A stretch of DNA of 32,000 bases from Isorropodon fossajaponicum endosymbiont JTNG4 (GCF_016592615.1 NZ_AP013043.1:240001-272000); one strand, 5' to 3'; shown: positions 1 to 9,808, numbered from the stretch's first letter. A program made the numbers and translations. The notes: a model not told the origin generated them from the sequence alone.

Positions 1-169
1 TGTTTTCACCATTTATAAACTCAAAGTTTTCATTTTTTACATTGCCATTTGTTGCAAATGCTGTACCTTGAACTTTTCGACATTCAGAACAATGGCACAT
101 GACAATATCGGTAATTTTTTGATGTAGCTTAAATTGTACCGACCCACACAAGCATTGACCTTGATGCAT
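1..169 (-). CDS. GFA/CENP-V family Cys-rich protein, N-terminal part (gene runs off the window)
   Basis: Minus-strand translation from the ATG at 169-167 reads MHQGQCLCGSVQFKLHQKITDIVMCHCSECRKVQGTAFATNGNVKNENFEFINGEN. The CxC...CHCxxCRK pattern is typical of the glutathione-dependent formaldehyde-activating (GFA) fold. The ORF is too short and partial to appear in the ORF track. Confidence 0.55.
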   Translation of the reverse strand, partial: MHQGQCLCGSVQFKLHQKITDIVMCHCSECRKVQGTAFATNGNVKNENFEFINGEN

Positions 170-392
170 AATAATCTCAGAAAAAATTCTAATTATACCT
201 GTCTATTTAGCCAGTTGGTTATACAGCCAAGTAATCATAAAGCCACCAATGGTTACGTTAAAAAAATGCCTAAATCACGCCAATGATAATACCAATTAAA
301 TTTGCCACAATTGAAATCAATAGCAACCTAATAGAGCATATAGTTCCTAGTGCTATTGCTAGAACTTTCGTGTTAGTTTTGCTATATTTTAA

Positions 393-469
393 TGGTGCCC
401 TCGACGCGATTTGAACGCATGACCTGCCGCTTAGGAGGCGGCTGCTCTATCCAGCTGAGCTACGAAGGC
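393..469 (-). tRNA. tRNA-Arg (anticodon CCT)
   Basis: The reverse complement folds as a cloverleaf: GCCTTCG-TA-GCTC-AGCTGGATA-GAGC-A-GCCGC-CTCCTAA-GCGGC-AGGTC-ATGCG-TTCAAAT-CGCGT-CGAGGGC-ACCA. The acceptor stem is 7 bp with one G-U pair, the anticodon loop is CT-CCT-AA, and CCA is encoded. Confidence 0.85.
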
Positions 470-651
470 AATGTGATTATTATCCACAATGTGACTATCT
501 ATTGAACTCTTTGCATTATTTTTTATCCGCTCTTATTAGCTAGGTGTTGGGTAGATGTTTCTTTAAGTAGGCTTATGTTTTACAAATTTTCGTAATTTAA
601 ATCACAGTATAATTCAGGTATTTTTTTACGTAGTATTTATTTCAAAATTAC

Positions 652-1347
652 ATGAAAGATATTAAAGTTAAAGATAGGCTTATTTTTGCCCTAGATGTGC
701 CAGAAGTTGAACAAGCTAAGGACTTAGTCATCCAACTAGATGACAGTGTTAATTTTTATAAAATTGGCATGGAGCTATTAATGACAGGTCAATACTTTAA
801 CTTGCTTGATTGGTTATTAGAAAAAGACAAGAAAGTCTTTGTAGATTTGAAGTTTTTTGATGTGCCAGAGACTGTCGGTAGAACCATTAAGCGTTTAAGC
901 CAATATGGCGCTACTTTTGCTACCATTCACGGCAATCAAGCGCTTATGGAAAAAGCCGCTGAAAATAAAGGCGAACTTAAAATCTTAGCAGTAACCGTAC
1001 TCACCAGTCTTGATAGAGGTGATTTGGATGATTTAGGCTTTGATTGCGATGTGCAAGAATTGGTTATTTCTCGTACCAAACGTGCTTTTGAAGCAGGCTG
1101 TGATGGCGTAGTATCTTCAGGACTTGAAGTGCCATTTTTACGTGAATATGTTGATAACAAATTAATCGCTGTTACCCCGGGCATTCGCCCCGTAGCTAAT
1201 GATGATGATCAAAAACGCGTGGTTGATGTGGCAACTGCATTTAACTCAGGATCAGACTATATTGTCGTTGGTCGCCCGATTAAAAATGCCACTAGCCCGT
1301 ACCAAGCAGCACAAGATATTCAAACAATTATCAAAGGTTGTTTTTAA
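652..1347 (+). CDS. pyrF: orotidine 5'-phosphate decarboxylase
   Basis: 231 aa ORF. It carries the RLIFALDVP..., FVDLKFFDVPETV and IVVGRPI motifs typical of PyrF. Confidence 0.9.
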   Translation: MKDIKVKDRLIFALDVPEVEQAKDLVIQLDDSVNFYKIGMELLMTGQYFNLLDWLLEKDKKVFVDLKFFDVPETVGRTIKRLSQYGATFATIHGNQALMEKAAENKGELKILAVTVLTSLDRGDLDDLGFDCDVQELVISRTKRAFEAGCDGVVSSGLEVPFLREYVDNKLIAVTPGIRPVANDDDQKRVVDVATAFNSGSDYIVVGRPIKNATSPYQAAQDIQTIIKGCF

Positions 1348-1367
1348 GTATAATAGCCACTTCTTTT

Positions 1368-1444
1368 AGTCGCGTAGCTCAGCTGGTTAGAGCACTACCT
1401 TGACATGGTAGGGGTCGGTGATTCGAATTCACTCGCGACTACCA
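1368..1444 (+). tRNA. tRNA-Val (anticodon GAC)
   Basis: Cloverleaf AGTCGCG-TA-GCTC-AGCTGGTTA-GAGC-A-CTACC-TTGACAT-GGTAG-GGGTC-GGTGA-TTCGAAT-TCACT-CGCGACT-ACCA. All stems are perfectly paired and CCA is encoded. Confidence 0.85.
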
Positions 1445-1455
1445 TCAAAATCTAA

Positions 1456-1485
1456 GAGAATATCAATTCTCACCTATTTTTTTTT
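1456..1485 (+). terminator. putative rho-independent terminator after tRNA-Val
   Basis: GAGAAT-atca-ATTCTC hairpin (1456-1471) followed by a run of 9 T at 1477-1485. Confidence 0.5.
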
Positions 1486-1552
1486 ATGCCATATTTCTAA
1501 TATTTTGTGTTTGTATGTTGGTTAAAATAAGGCTTAATTATTATTATAAATA

Positions 1553-2952
1553 TTGTGGCAAGCCATGTTTGAACAAACCTCATGGGTGTTATTCTTAAAA
1601 TATTTGCACGATTTAGAGCAAGACAAACAAACGGTAGCTGAACTCACTGGAAAGGCTTGTCAATCTATTATTTCCACCCAATTTCAATGGTCAGCTTGGG
1701 CAACACCAAAACTTGATAATGGCGATATTGACCATAACGCTTTAACAGGCGATGATTTATTAGATTTTGTTAACAACCAGTTGTTTCCTTATTTAAAAAA
1801 ATTCAAAACACAAGCCATAAGTGCCAACACCATCGAATATAAAATTGGCGAAATTTTATCAGAATTAAAAAATCGCATTCAAAGTGGTTACAACCTATGA
1901 GAAGTGATAACGCTTGTTGATGGGTTGCGTTTTAGAACGCACCAAGAAAAACACGAAATGAGCCATTTGTATGAAAGCAAAATTAAAAACACGGGCAATG
2001 CTGGGCGTAATGGTGGCGAGTATTACACCCCTGGAGCACTTATTAAAACCATTGTTAAAGTGGTTTCACCCAAAATAGGTAATACTATTTACGATGGGGC
2101 AGTTGGCTCGGCTGGGTTTTTAGTGGAGGCGTTTGATTACCTTAATCAGTCTAGTCTTTCCACGAAACAAGCCCTTACTTTGCAACAAAATACTTTTTAC
2201 GGTAAAGAGAAAAAATCCCTCGCTTATATCATCGGCATTATGAATATGATTTTGCATGGGATAGAAGCCCCTAATATTATTCACACCAATACATTGGCTG
2301 AAAATTTAAGCGATATTCAAGAAAAAGAACGTTATGACATAGTGCTTGCTAACCCACCTTTGGCGGTAAAGAGCGCTCAGGAGTACAGGAGTACAACAAA
2401 ATTTCCCAATTAAAACGGGCGAAACTGCCAGTTTGTTTTTACAACATTTTATTAAAATACTCAAAGCAGGAGGTAGTGCTGGCGTGGTGATTAAAAACAC
2501 CTTTTTAAGCAACACTGATAATGCCTCAATTGCCTTACGCAAAGAATTATTAAGTACTTGTAACTTACATACCGTTCTAGATTTACCAGGCGGAACATTC
2601 ACAGGGGCAAGGGTAAAAAACAGTAGTACTCTTTTTTAAAAAAGGAAGTGCAACCTAAAAGACTTGGTTTTATCAATTAAACTTAGACAGAAACTTAGGC
2701 AAAACCAACCCACTTAATGAAAAAGATTTGAGCGATTTTATCCAATTATAAAAAACCAACGCTCAAAGTGAAAACTCATGGACAGTAAACATAAAAAATA
2801 TTATTAACCAAGTAACCTTTGATTTATCCGTTAAAAACCCCAATACACTAGAAGAAGCCCCGCTGCGAAACCCTGAAGAGATTTTAAAAAATATGGCACA
2901 ACTTGATAAAGAAAGCGCCACTATTTTAGAGACGGTTAAGGCTTTGTTATGA
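1553..2952 (+). pseudogene. hsdM: type I restriction-modification methyltransferase subunit HsdM, 5'-truncated and multiply disrupted
   Basis: - HsdM_N-like FEQTSWVLFLKYLHDLEQ is present.
- The AdoMet motif reads GGEYYTPGALIKTIV...IYDGAVGSAGFLVEA.
- The catalytic motif NPPF is read as NPPL because of a 1-bp deletion at about 2359.
- In-frame TGA at 1898-1900 (NL*EVI, expected CGA Arg).
- An 8-bp tandem duplication caggagta x2 lies at 2378-2393. Removing it restores GGKERSGVQQNFPIKTGETASLFLQHFIKILKAGG.
- Extra A in the A6 run at 2615-2620.
- In-frame TAA at 2656-2658 and 2749-2751.
- The first ~30-40 codons of a normal HsdM are missing. Confidence 0.85.
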
Positions 2953-3564
2953 ATAAAAAAAACAAAATTCAACTGTTTCAAGACCAAAAAATCAGAACCC
3001 ACTGGGATGAGGATAAAGAACTTTGGTATTTTTCTATTGTTGATGTGGTGGCAGTTTTAAGTCAAAGCACAAACCCATCAGCCTATTGGCGAAAATTAAA
3101 ACAACGCCTGTTGGCAGAAGGCAATCAAACCGTGATAAATTGTCACGGTTTGAAAATGAAAGCAGCAGACGGCAAAATGCGCTTAACTGATGTAGCAGAT
3201 ACCGAGCAACTTTTACGTTTAATCCAATCTATCCCTTCTAAAAAAGCCGAACCCTTTAAACTTTGGCTAGCCAAAGTTGGGGCAGAAAGAATAGCAGAAA
3301 CCGAAGATCCAGAGCTGGCTTTTGATAGAGCAATGGCAACTTATCTTAAAAAAGGTTATTCCAAAGCGTGGATTAACCGACGCCTAAAAAGCATCGAAGT
3401 GCGCAAAGAGCTCACTGATGAGTGGAGCAAGCGAGGCATGAAAGAGGGTTTGGAATACGCTATTTTAACCGATGAAATCACCAAAGCATGGGCGGATAAA
3501 TCCATTAAAGACTACAAAAAACTCAAAGGCTTAAAACAGAGAGCCTACGAGACAATATGAGCAA
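2949..3564 (+). pseudogene. Bro-N domain / DNA-damage-inducible protein D (DinD)-like protein, frameshifted and 3'-truncated by an IS
   Basis: - The N-terminus IRTHWDEDKELWYFSIVDVVAVL...AYWRKLKQRL is Bro-N-like.
- The middle, PFKLWLAKVGAERIAETEDPE...RKELTDEW, matches the DinD-like proteins commonly found inside type I R-M operons.
- The ATG overlaps the hsdM stop (ATGA).
- A 1-bp deletion near 3539 moves the reading to ESLRDNMSNL.
- Homology then stops at the IS junction (3564/3565). Confidence 0.6.
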
Positions 3565-4013
3565 CCTTGATCAGAGTGGAACATGTGTTTATTTGTATTG
3601 GGCTGGTGTCTAGACACAGCATTACTAAGCGCATCCTTTGCCAACTGAGCATTAGGCTGTTTTGACAATGCCCAACCAACAACTTGTCTTGAGCCTAAAT
3701 CCAACACACTGGCTAAATAACTCCCACCTTGATAGGTTTTGATATAGGTAATATCACCAACCCAATGCGTATTAATTGATTGCTGCTCAAACACACGATT
3801 TAATAGGTTTTTTGCCTTTTTAAACATCAATCTAGTATTAGGGTAATAATGACGCTTTCTTGGGCGTATGGCAACTACATTGGCTTTTTTCATTAGCGTT
3901 GCAGTTTGGTAAATACCAATGTTATAACCTTGGTTATTCAAAACTACTCGCATTCTGCGTTTGCCATAGGTGTATCCAACTTCAATAGCAGTTTGTTTGA
4001 TTAATTTAATCAT
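3565..4013 (-). pseudogene. IS3-family transposase OrfB (DDE), truncated after the second catalytic Asp
   Basis: WVGDITYI (D1) and HSDQG (D2) are present. The NAVMERFF (E) region present in the full copy at 30421-31149 is absent. The track ORF continues into unrelated sequence to 3531. Confidence 0.85.
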
Positions 4014-4138
4014 AGCGTTGGTGTTGTTGTTTACTCGCTTATCTTTGACTTGATAGTAATAACTACTGCGAGGAAGTTTGAGTAATGCTCATAATTCTTT
4101 AGTATTGTATTGTTGGCAAGCCTTGTTTATCTTGATAA

Positions 4139-4489
4139 TCATATCACTTGGTGATTGTCCACAGCGAACAAGGCTGTTGCCTTTTTTAAGATTTCATTGT
4201 CCCTTTGTGCGCGCCAAAGTTGTTTCTCAAGCAGTTGTATTGTTTGTTGTTCAGAAGTCAGCGCTTTGCCTGACTCTGGTGTTTGTCCACCAAGCTCTGC
4301 TAGGTATTGTTTTCTCCATCTGCTAACTGCTGAGGAGCAAGCTCCTGATATTATCATGATTTTTTTATTGGTGTAATTCTCATGCACCATGAGTTTGGCA
4401 TAATCTAGTGTTCCCCCCTCAAGGGGGTATTGAACAGAATGTTCAACGGTAAAAGTCACTCGTTGTTTTCTTGATTTATATTGTGTCAT
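4139..4489 (-). CDS. IS3-family transposase OrfA (HTH), intact in this copy
   Basis: 116 aa ORF, with a C-terminal leucine-zipper-like LLEKQLWRAQRDNEILKKATALFA that ends just after the frameshift heptamer. This is the typical IS3 OrfA organisation. Confidence 0.8.
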   Translation of the reverse strand: MTQYKSRKQRVTFTVEHSVQYPLEGGTLDYAKLMVHENYTNKKIMIISGACSSAVSRWRKQYLAELGGQTPESGKALTSEQQTIQLLEKQLWRAQRDNEILKKATALFAVDNHQVI

Positions 4490-4597
4490 TACTGACCTCC
4501 TTATGGTTTGTATTATAAGGCTATCTTTGTGTCCAATAAAATTAGACTATTGCACATTAAAGGTGGTGATAAGAAAGCAGAAACATTGCTTAAGAGA

Positions 4598-5014
4598 TTA
4601 CAAAAAAGGTAAAAACCTGCCTGTATTGTTTTTATAGTTTTTATATTGCTTAAAACGCTTATTAAGTAATCTTTCTTCTAAATTTGATTTAAGTATTAAA
4701 TCAATAACAAGAATTAGCATCACCAATTGAGAAATTGGGTGAGTATTGCTAAGCAATAAGCCTGAAGATAATAATAACACACTGGTATACATAGGGTGGC
4801 GAATGAATCGATAAACGCCGTGGGTTGTTAGTTTGTGTTGTTCTTTAAGGGTAGGGGTGATATTGAGGTTATCTAGACGCATATTAATAAGTGCAAGTAA
4901 CCCAATAATAAGCGACAAACTCAATAGCAATAGAGGCATAAGACTAAAGTCACTAATTTGTGAATTAATGATTAAATAGATAATACAAGCAAATTGGATA
5001 ACAACATAAATCAT
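4598..5014 (-). CDS. isoprenylcysteine carboxyl methyltransferase (ICMT/PEMT) family membrane protein
   Basis: 138 aa, multi-TM. It carries the HGVYRFIRHPMYTSVLL and EERLLNKRFKQYKNYKNNTGRFLP motifs characteristic of the ICMT/phospholipid methyltransferase family. Confidence 0.7.
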   Translation of the reverse strand: MIYVVIQFACIIYLIINSQISDFSLMPLLLLSLSLIIGLLALINMRLDNLNITPTLKEQHKLTTHGVYRFIRHPMYTSVLLLSSGLLLSNTHPISQLVMLILVIDLILKSNLEERLLNKRFKQYKNYKNNTGRFLPFL

Positions 5015-5064
5015 AGTAAGTGCTCATGGTTATAATAAGCTTATTATCTCAAATTTTTTGTTGA

Positions 5065-6258
5065 ATGAAAGTTGATATTGTAATTATTGGTGGTGGCCCA
5101 GCAGGTTTAAGTTTTGCTAGCGCCATGCTTGATTCTAACGTTAAAGTGTTGTTGATTGAAAAATCAAGCCTTGATTCTATTGCCAATCCTCAGGCAGGTG
5201 GCAAAGAAATTGCATTAACACATTTATCATTAAAAATTCTAAAGAAGTTGGGTGTTTGGGATTTAATTAATCAGGCAGAAGTCTCTCCTTTAAAAGAAGC
5301 GAAAGTGTTTGATGGTGATTCACCTTCTTTGTTGAATTTTACAACTAAGAATACTTCAATAGATGCCTTGGGTTATTTGGTGCCTAATTATCAAATCAAA
5401 AAAGCACTTTACACAAAGGTTAAACAGGCAAAAAATATTGATATTGTCACCGACATGGGTGTTGAAAATGTAGTCCAATTGGATGGTTGTTCGCAAGTTA
5501 TTTTATCTAATGGTGATAAGGTTAAGGCTAAATTAGTCATTGCTGCTGACAGTCGTTTTTCAGACATTCGTCGAAAAGCTGGCATTCCAGTCCTAATGAA
5601 GGATTTTTCCAAAGTCATGATTGTTACTCAGATGAGCCATGAAATGTCACATAACAATGTTGCCTTAGAGCGCTTTGATTATGGGCGAACATTGGCATTA
5701 TTACCAATGGTAGGCAAGGTTTCGTCTGTTGTGTTAACGGTTAAAACTGACCAATCTCAGGCAATGCTTGAGATGAATGAGGCTGATTTTAATCAAATGA
5801 TGACACAATCATTTAAAGGTGGGTTGGGACAAATGATGCAAGTGGGCGAGCGTCATTCCTATCCCTTGGTTGCAACGCATGCGCAAACTTTTATTGCTAA
5901 GCGTTTTGCACTGATTGGCGATGCCTCGGTGGGTATGCACCCTGTGACTGCACATGGGTTTAATTTAGGTTTAAGAGGTCAAGACATATTAACAAAATTG
6001 GTTAATGAGGCGCTGGATAATGGCCAAGACATTGGCTCTGAATCTTTACTAAAGTTGTACGAGAAAAAGCATATTAATTTAACTAGACTAATGTTTTTTG
6101 GCACTAATGGTATTGTGGCATTATTTACTAATGATGCGCCAGTGATTAAACAAGTAAGGCGATTTGTGCTTAAGTTTGCTGAGCATTTTCCGCCCATTAA
6201 GTATCTAATTTCTCATCATTTAACACAAGATAAAAAGCACAAATTTTTACCATTTTGA
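5065..6258 (+). CDS. FAD-dependent monooxygenase, UbiH/UbiF/VisC/COQ6 family (ubiquinone biosynthesis hydroxylase)
   Basis: The N-terminal Rossmann motif is [16 protein letters not shown], followed by the later [18 protein letters not shown] motif. Which ubiquinone ring position it hydroxylates cannot be told from sequence alone. Confidence 0.8.
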   Translation: MKVDIVIIGGGPAGLSFASAMLDSNVKVLLIEKSSLDSIANPQAGGKEIALTHLSLKILKKLGVWDLINQAEVSPLKEAKVFDGDSPSLLNFTTKNTSIDALGYLVPNYQIKKALYTKVKQAKNIDIVTDMGVENVVQLDGCSQVILSNGDKVKAKLVIAADSRFSDIRRKAGIPVLMKDFSKVMIVTQMSHEMSHNNVALERFDYGRTLALLPMVGKVSSVVLTVKTDQSQAMLEMNEADFNQMMTQSFKGGLGQMMQVGERHSYPLVATHAQTFIAKRFALIGDASVGMHPVTAHGFNLGLRGQDILTKLVNEALDNGQDIGSESLLKLYEKKHINLTRLMFFGTNGIVALFTNDAPVIKQVRRFVLKFAEHFPPIKYLISHHLTQDKKHKFLPF

Positions 6259-6896
6259 TGAAAGTTGATTTAACCAGTCTTAGGCATGAATTTACTCAAA
6301 GCGGCTTAAATCGGGCTGATTTGAATAGCAATCCTTTTGAACAATTTGAGTTGTGGTTTCAACAAGCCCAAGAAGCAGACGTGGTTGAACCAAGTGCCAT
6401 GAGTTTAGCAACAAGTGATGATAGTGAAATAAGTATTAGAACCGTATTGCTCAAATACTTTGACAAACACGGTTTTGTATTTTTTACAAACTACAACTCT
6501 AAAAAATCCAAACAACTTCAAACCAATCCAAATGTGGCTTTATTATTCCCATGGCTGGCCTTAGAAAGGCAGATCAAAATTTCTGGTTATGTAGAAAAAG
6601 TCAGCACACTTGAATCTTTAAAATATTTCTCTTCCAGACCAAAAGCATCTCAACTGGGTGCTTGGGCATCTCAACAATCATCAAATTTATCCTCAAAACA
6701 GGTGTTATTATCTCAATTTGAATCAATGAAGGTTAAATTTAGTAAAGGCGAGATACCATTGCCTGATTTTTGGGGTGGCTATCGCGTTATACCATTAAAG
6801 ATTGAATTTTGGCAGGGTAGAGAAAATCGATTGCATGATCGATTTATATACCAGTTAAGCGAAGATAAGTGGAGAATTGAGCGTCTAGCGCCTTAA
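6255..6896 (+). CDS. pdxH: pyridoxamine 5'-phosphate oxidase
   Basis: 213 aa with [23 protein letters not shown] and the C-terminal [13 protein letters not shown]...WRIERLAP signature. There is a 4-nt ATGA overlap with the upstream gene. Confidence 0.9.
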   Translation: MMKVDLTSLRHEFTQSGLNRADLNSNPFEQFELWFQQAQEADVVEPSAMSLATSDDSEISIRTVLLKYFDKHGFVFFTNYNSKKSKQLQTNPNVALLFPWLALERQIKISGYVEKVSTLESLKYFSSRPKASQLGAWASQQSSNLSSKQVLLSQFESMKVKFSKGEIPLPDFWGGYRVIPLKIEFWQGRENRLHDRFIYQLSEDKWRIERLAP

Positions 6897-7691
6897 ACTA
6901 CTTAGAACTTGTTTAGCATTAGGTTTTACACCTGTCCAAAACTCAAAAGCTGTTGCTGCCTGTTCAACCAACATACCTAAGCCGTCGCTAATCATTGAGC
7001 CGTGATTGGTTGTTGCCCAGTCCATAAACGGCGTTTGTTTGCCATACATTAAATCGTAACAAATTGCATTATTGGCGACACCAGAGGCGATACCAGGCAT
7101 TCTCCCATCAAGTGATGCACTGGTAGCATTGATAATAATATCAACAGGGTTGTGTTTAATTTTATCCAGACCAAAACCGCAAGTCTTGCCAAATTTAGCA
7201 AAGTCTTTAGCCAATTTAATTGCTTTAGATGGGGTTCGATTGGCAATCATAACACGATTGGGTTGCTGTTTTAAAAGAGGTAATAAGATACCTTGTGTTG
7301 CACCACCTGCACCTAAAATTAGGATAACTTTATCTTCTAATTCAATACCAAGATTGTGAGTTAAATCATTGACCAGTCCAATACCGTCGGTATTTTCACC
7401 AATGATTTTATCTTGCTCTATTTTGATGGTATTAACCGCACCTGCTGTTTGGGCATTTAACGTGAGTTCGTTTGCAAATTCAAACGCGTCTAGTTTAAAA
7501 GGCACAGTAATATTAAAACCATTTGTACCTTGATTAATGAATGCTTGTGCCGAGGATGAAAAATCATCAATAGGTGCTAAGATTTTATCATAACTAACTT
7601 CAAACCCTGTCTGCTGAGCAAACTGAGTGTGAATATTTGGCGACAAACTATGTTTAATCGGATTGCCAAAAACAGCAAATTTGTACATCAT
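6885..7691 (-). CDS. aroE: shikimate dehydrogenase
   Basis: 268 aa with [27 protein letters not shown] and [10 protein letters not shown] (NADP site). Confidence 0.9.
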   Translation of the reverse strand: MMYKFAVFGNPIKHSLSPNIHTQFAQQTGFEVSYDKILAPIDDFSSSAQAFINQGTNGFNITVPFKLDAFEFANELTLNAQTAGAVNTIKIEQDKIIGENTDGIGLVNDLTHNLGIELEDKVILILGAGGATQGILLPLLKQQPNRVMIANRTPSKAIKLAKDFAKFGKTCGFGLDKIKHNPVDIIINATSASLDGRMPGIASGVANNAICYDLMYGKQTPFMDWATTNHGSMISDGLGMLVEQAATAFEFWTGVKPNAKQVLSSLRR

Positions 7692-9511
7692 TAATCTTGC
7701 TTTTTATTCGCCTCAGTTTGTGCATTTTGTTTTTGTTGAGGTTTTTGCTGTTTGGCAGTATTATTTTGCTGTTTATTTTGATTGTTGTTTCTATTTCGGC
7801 TTCTATTTCGATTCCTATTGTTAGGATTTGTTCTATGTTTGTTGGGTTGTTTTTTCTTCTTCCCAAGCAAAGCATTTTTTATTTTCTCAAACAATGAAAT
7901 TTGCTTTTCAGGAACGCGCGTGCTGGGTCTATTTACATTAATAGCGGGAATTTCAGCTTGGTTTGAAAGACCATTCTCAGCCAGTACATGTTGTGGCTTT
8001 GAAATGCCTTGGTAGCTTTTATGCTGTGACTTCTTGTCCCCTTTTTGCTTATTAATGGTGAAATTAGGAAACGGCATATATGGATTAGGCAGTAAGGTAA
8101 TTTTAATGCCATGTTTGTCTTCTAATTTTGTTACCTCTTGACGTTTTTCATTCAAAATATAAGTAATTACTTCCACACTTGATTGAATGGTTAAGCGTGC
8201 TGTTTGTTTAGCAGCATTACAACCGTCTTCAAGTTGTCTTAAAATGGTTAATGCTAATGTTGGAATGGTTGGCGTAGTGCCACGACCATGACAAGTAGAA
8301 CAAGGTTTTTCAACCGATTCAGAGACTGAATTCATTAATCGCTGTCTTGACATTTCAAGTAAACCAAATTGAGAAATGGTGCCGATTTGGATGCGCGCTC
8401 GATCTGCGTTGGTGGCTTTTTCCATGGCTTTTTCGATTGACACTCTATGCTCTTCAGAAGCCATATCGATAAAATCAATCACGACCAATCCACCAATGTC
8501 TCTTAATTGTAGTTGTAGGGCGATTTCTTTGGTTGCTTCTAGGTTGGTGTTGTAAGCAGTTTCTTCAATGTCAGCACCTTTGGTAGCGCGAGCAGAGTTG
8601 ATATCAATGGCAGTAAGTGCTTCAGTTGGGTCAAAGACAATGGTGGCACCTGTTCGTAGCGATACTTCTCGGTTAAATACGCTTTTAACCTGAGTTTCAA
8701 CGCCCATATGGTTAAATAAAGAGTGTTCAGAAACATCAAAAAATTTGATGCGGTCTAAGTAGTGTGGCAACACAAAGCTGACAAATTCTTTGGCATTTTG
8801 AAAAGCTTCTAATTCGTCAATAATAACACTATCAGTGTCAGAGCGAAGATGGTCGCGTAATGTGCGAATAATAATATCACTTTCTTGGTAAATTAAGAAA
8901 GGCGCACTGCGTGCTAAAGACGCTGTATTAATTGATTTCCATAAGTTAGAAAGATAATCTACTTCCCATTGCAACTCCTCAAAGCTTTTGCCAGCACCTG
9001 CAGTGCGAATAATTAAACTTGAATGGTCAGGTAGAATAATTTTGCCAATAATTTCTTTTAAAGATTGTCGGTCTGAGGCGACTATTTGTCTTGATATGCC
9101 ATGACTTTTCGGATTGTTTGGCATTAAAATCATATAAGCACCAGCAAGGTTGATATAAGTGCTGAGTGCTGCGCCTTTATTGCCACGCTCTTCTTTTTCA
9201 ATTTGGACAATAATTTCTTGTCCTTCTTTTAAAACATCAGAAATGGTTAGTTTTTCACCCTTGGCTTTGGCATCATTATATAACGTTTCTGCAACTTCTT
9301 TAAAAGGTAAAAAACCTTGTTTTTCTTTGCCGTAGTTAACAAATGCTGCCTCTAGTGATTGCTCTACTCGAGAGATTCTACCACGGTAGATATTGCCTTT
9401 AGTTTTTTTATTAAGGCTGGTTTCTATATTAAGGCCAGTTAGTTTTTTGTTTTTGACAATACCTACTCTGATTTCTTCGGAATGAGTTGCATTGATTAAA
9501 ATATGATTCAT
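7691..9511 (-). CDS. rne: ribonuclease E (short form: catalytic half plus an ~90-aa basic low-complexity tail)
   Basis: - The N-terminus MNHILINATHSEEIRVGIV...GNIYRGRISRVEQSLEAAFVNYG matches the RNase E S1 domain.
- The DNase I-like region reads AIDINSAR...IGGLVVIDFIDM.
- The Zn-link is CSTCHGRGT.
- The C-terminal tail KKKKQPNKHRTNPNNRNRNRSRNRNNNQNKQQ... is much shorter than the E. coli scaffold region. Confidence 0.8.
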   Translation of the reverse strand: MNHILINATHSEEIRVGIVKNKKLTGLNIETSLNKKTKGNIYRGRISRVEQSLEAAFVNYGKEKQGFLPFKEVAETLYNDAKAKGEKLTISDVLKEGQEIIVQIEKEERGNKGAALSTYINLAGAYMILMPNNPKSHGISRQIVASDRQSLKEIIGKIILPDHSSLIIRTAGAGKSFEELQWEVDYLSNLWKSINTASLARSAPFLIYQESDIIIRTLRDHLRSDTDSVIIDELEAFQNAKEFVSFVLPHYLDRIKFFDVSEHSLFNHMGVETQVKSVFNREVSLRTGATIVFDPTEALTAIDINSARATKGADIEETAYNTNLEATKEIALQLQLRDIGGLVVIDFIDMASEEHRVSIEKAMEKATNADRARIQIGTISQFGLLEMSRQRLMNSVSESVEKPCSTCHGRGTTPTIPTLALTILRQLEDGCNAAKQTARLTIQSSVEVITYILNEKRQEVTKLEDKHGIKITLLPNPYMPFPNFTINKQKGDKKSQHKSYQGISKPQHVLAENGLSNQAEIPAINVNRPSTRVPEKQISLFEKIKNALLGKKKKQPNKHRTNPNNRNRNRSRNRNNNQNKQQNNTAKQQKPQQKQNAQTEANKKQD

Positions 9512-9808
9512 GGCTAAGTCCTAGTGTGAATGGACTTTGTTGCACATATAAAAGCTCAACACTGGCGTGCTGATTTGGTATTAAAGTGTAATTTATTCTT
9601 ATCATAAAATGATTAAAAACTTATTCATTAAGGGTTCTAAACCCTTTTTTATTTAGCTACTTAAAAGCGGTTAAATAATTAATTTACTTTATATGGCAAC
9701 AAAAAGCCCAAAATATTAATAGTATTTTTTGTGGTATTTATTTTTGGCACAAAAAACATTTGAAAAATCTTCTTAGAAGATGTAAATTTAAACACCAATT
9801 TTTTTCGG

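Larger units (their letters stand above)
3565..4554 (-). mobile_element. IS3-family insertion sequence, partial copy (IRL + orfA + 5' two-thirds of orfB; IRR end missing)
   Basis: - Near-identical, in inverted orientation, to 29879-30869. The encoded OrfA and OrfB segments in the ORF track are identical.
- The terminal sequence TGCAATAGTCTAATTTTATTGGACAC ends at 4554.
- Homology breaks right after the HSDQG codons at 3565.
- The A_AAA_AAG slippery heptamer is at 4181-4187 (minus strand). Confidence 0.9.

Noticed and set aside
270-392. A hydrophobic minus-strand reading frame (KVLAIALGTICSIRLLLISIVANLIGIIIGVI*) next to tRNA-Arg. A type I toxin-like peptide was considered.
   Set aside because: It has no ATG, only internal TTG/GTG starts that would give about 18 aa. 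There is no RBS I can point to, and it abuts the tRNA. The evidence is insufficient.
936-1184. Track ORFs antisense or out of frame inside well-supported genes:
- 936-1184
- 2306-2602
- 2763-3002
- 5409-5618
- 5979-6197
- 7049-7246
- 7072-7359
- 8539-8739
- 11460-11876
- 12097-12282
- 13406-13603
- 14468-14674
- 14607-14789
- 15308-15493
- 20489-20674
- 20571-20903
- 21305-21545
- 21813-22016
- 22900-23263
- 23753-24079
- 24090-24320
- 24368-24583
- 24597-24785
- 25666-25893
- 26392-26643
- 27428-27628
- 28462-28659
- 29298-29498
- 29569-29775
- 30752-30934
   Set aside because: All of them overlap genes or pseudogenes with clear family signatures. Their translations are low-complexity or Cys/Leu/Ser-rich with no recognisable motifs, which is typical of shadow ORFs in AT-rich DNA.
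4078-4376. ORFs 4078-4326 and 4155-4376, with identical mirror copies at 30108-30356 and 30025-30279. Conserved duplicated small proteins were considered.
   Set aside because: They are antisense to IS orfA. Their duplication is simply the IS duplication, and nothing suggests independent coding.
7654-8015. A repetitive-looking tract (ttgttt / ttctatttcg units) and three overlapping track ORFs at the 3' end of rne. A non-coding tandem repeat or a small gene cluster was considered.
   Set aside because: It is the coding sequence of the Arg/Asn/Lys/Gln-rich RNase E tail read on the other strand. There is no exact repeat unit.
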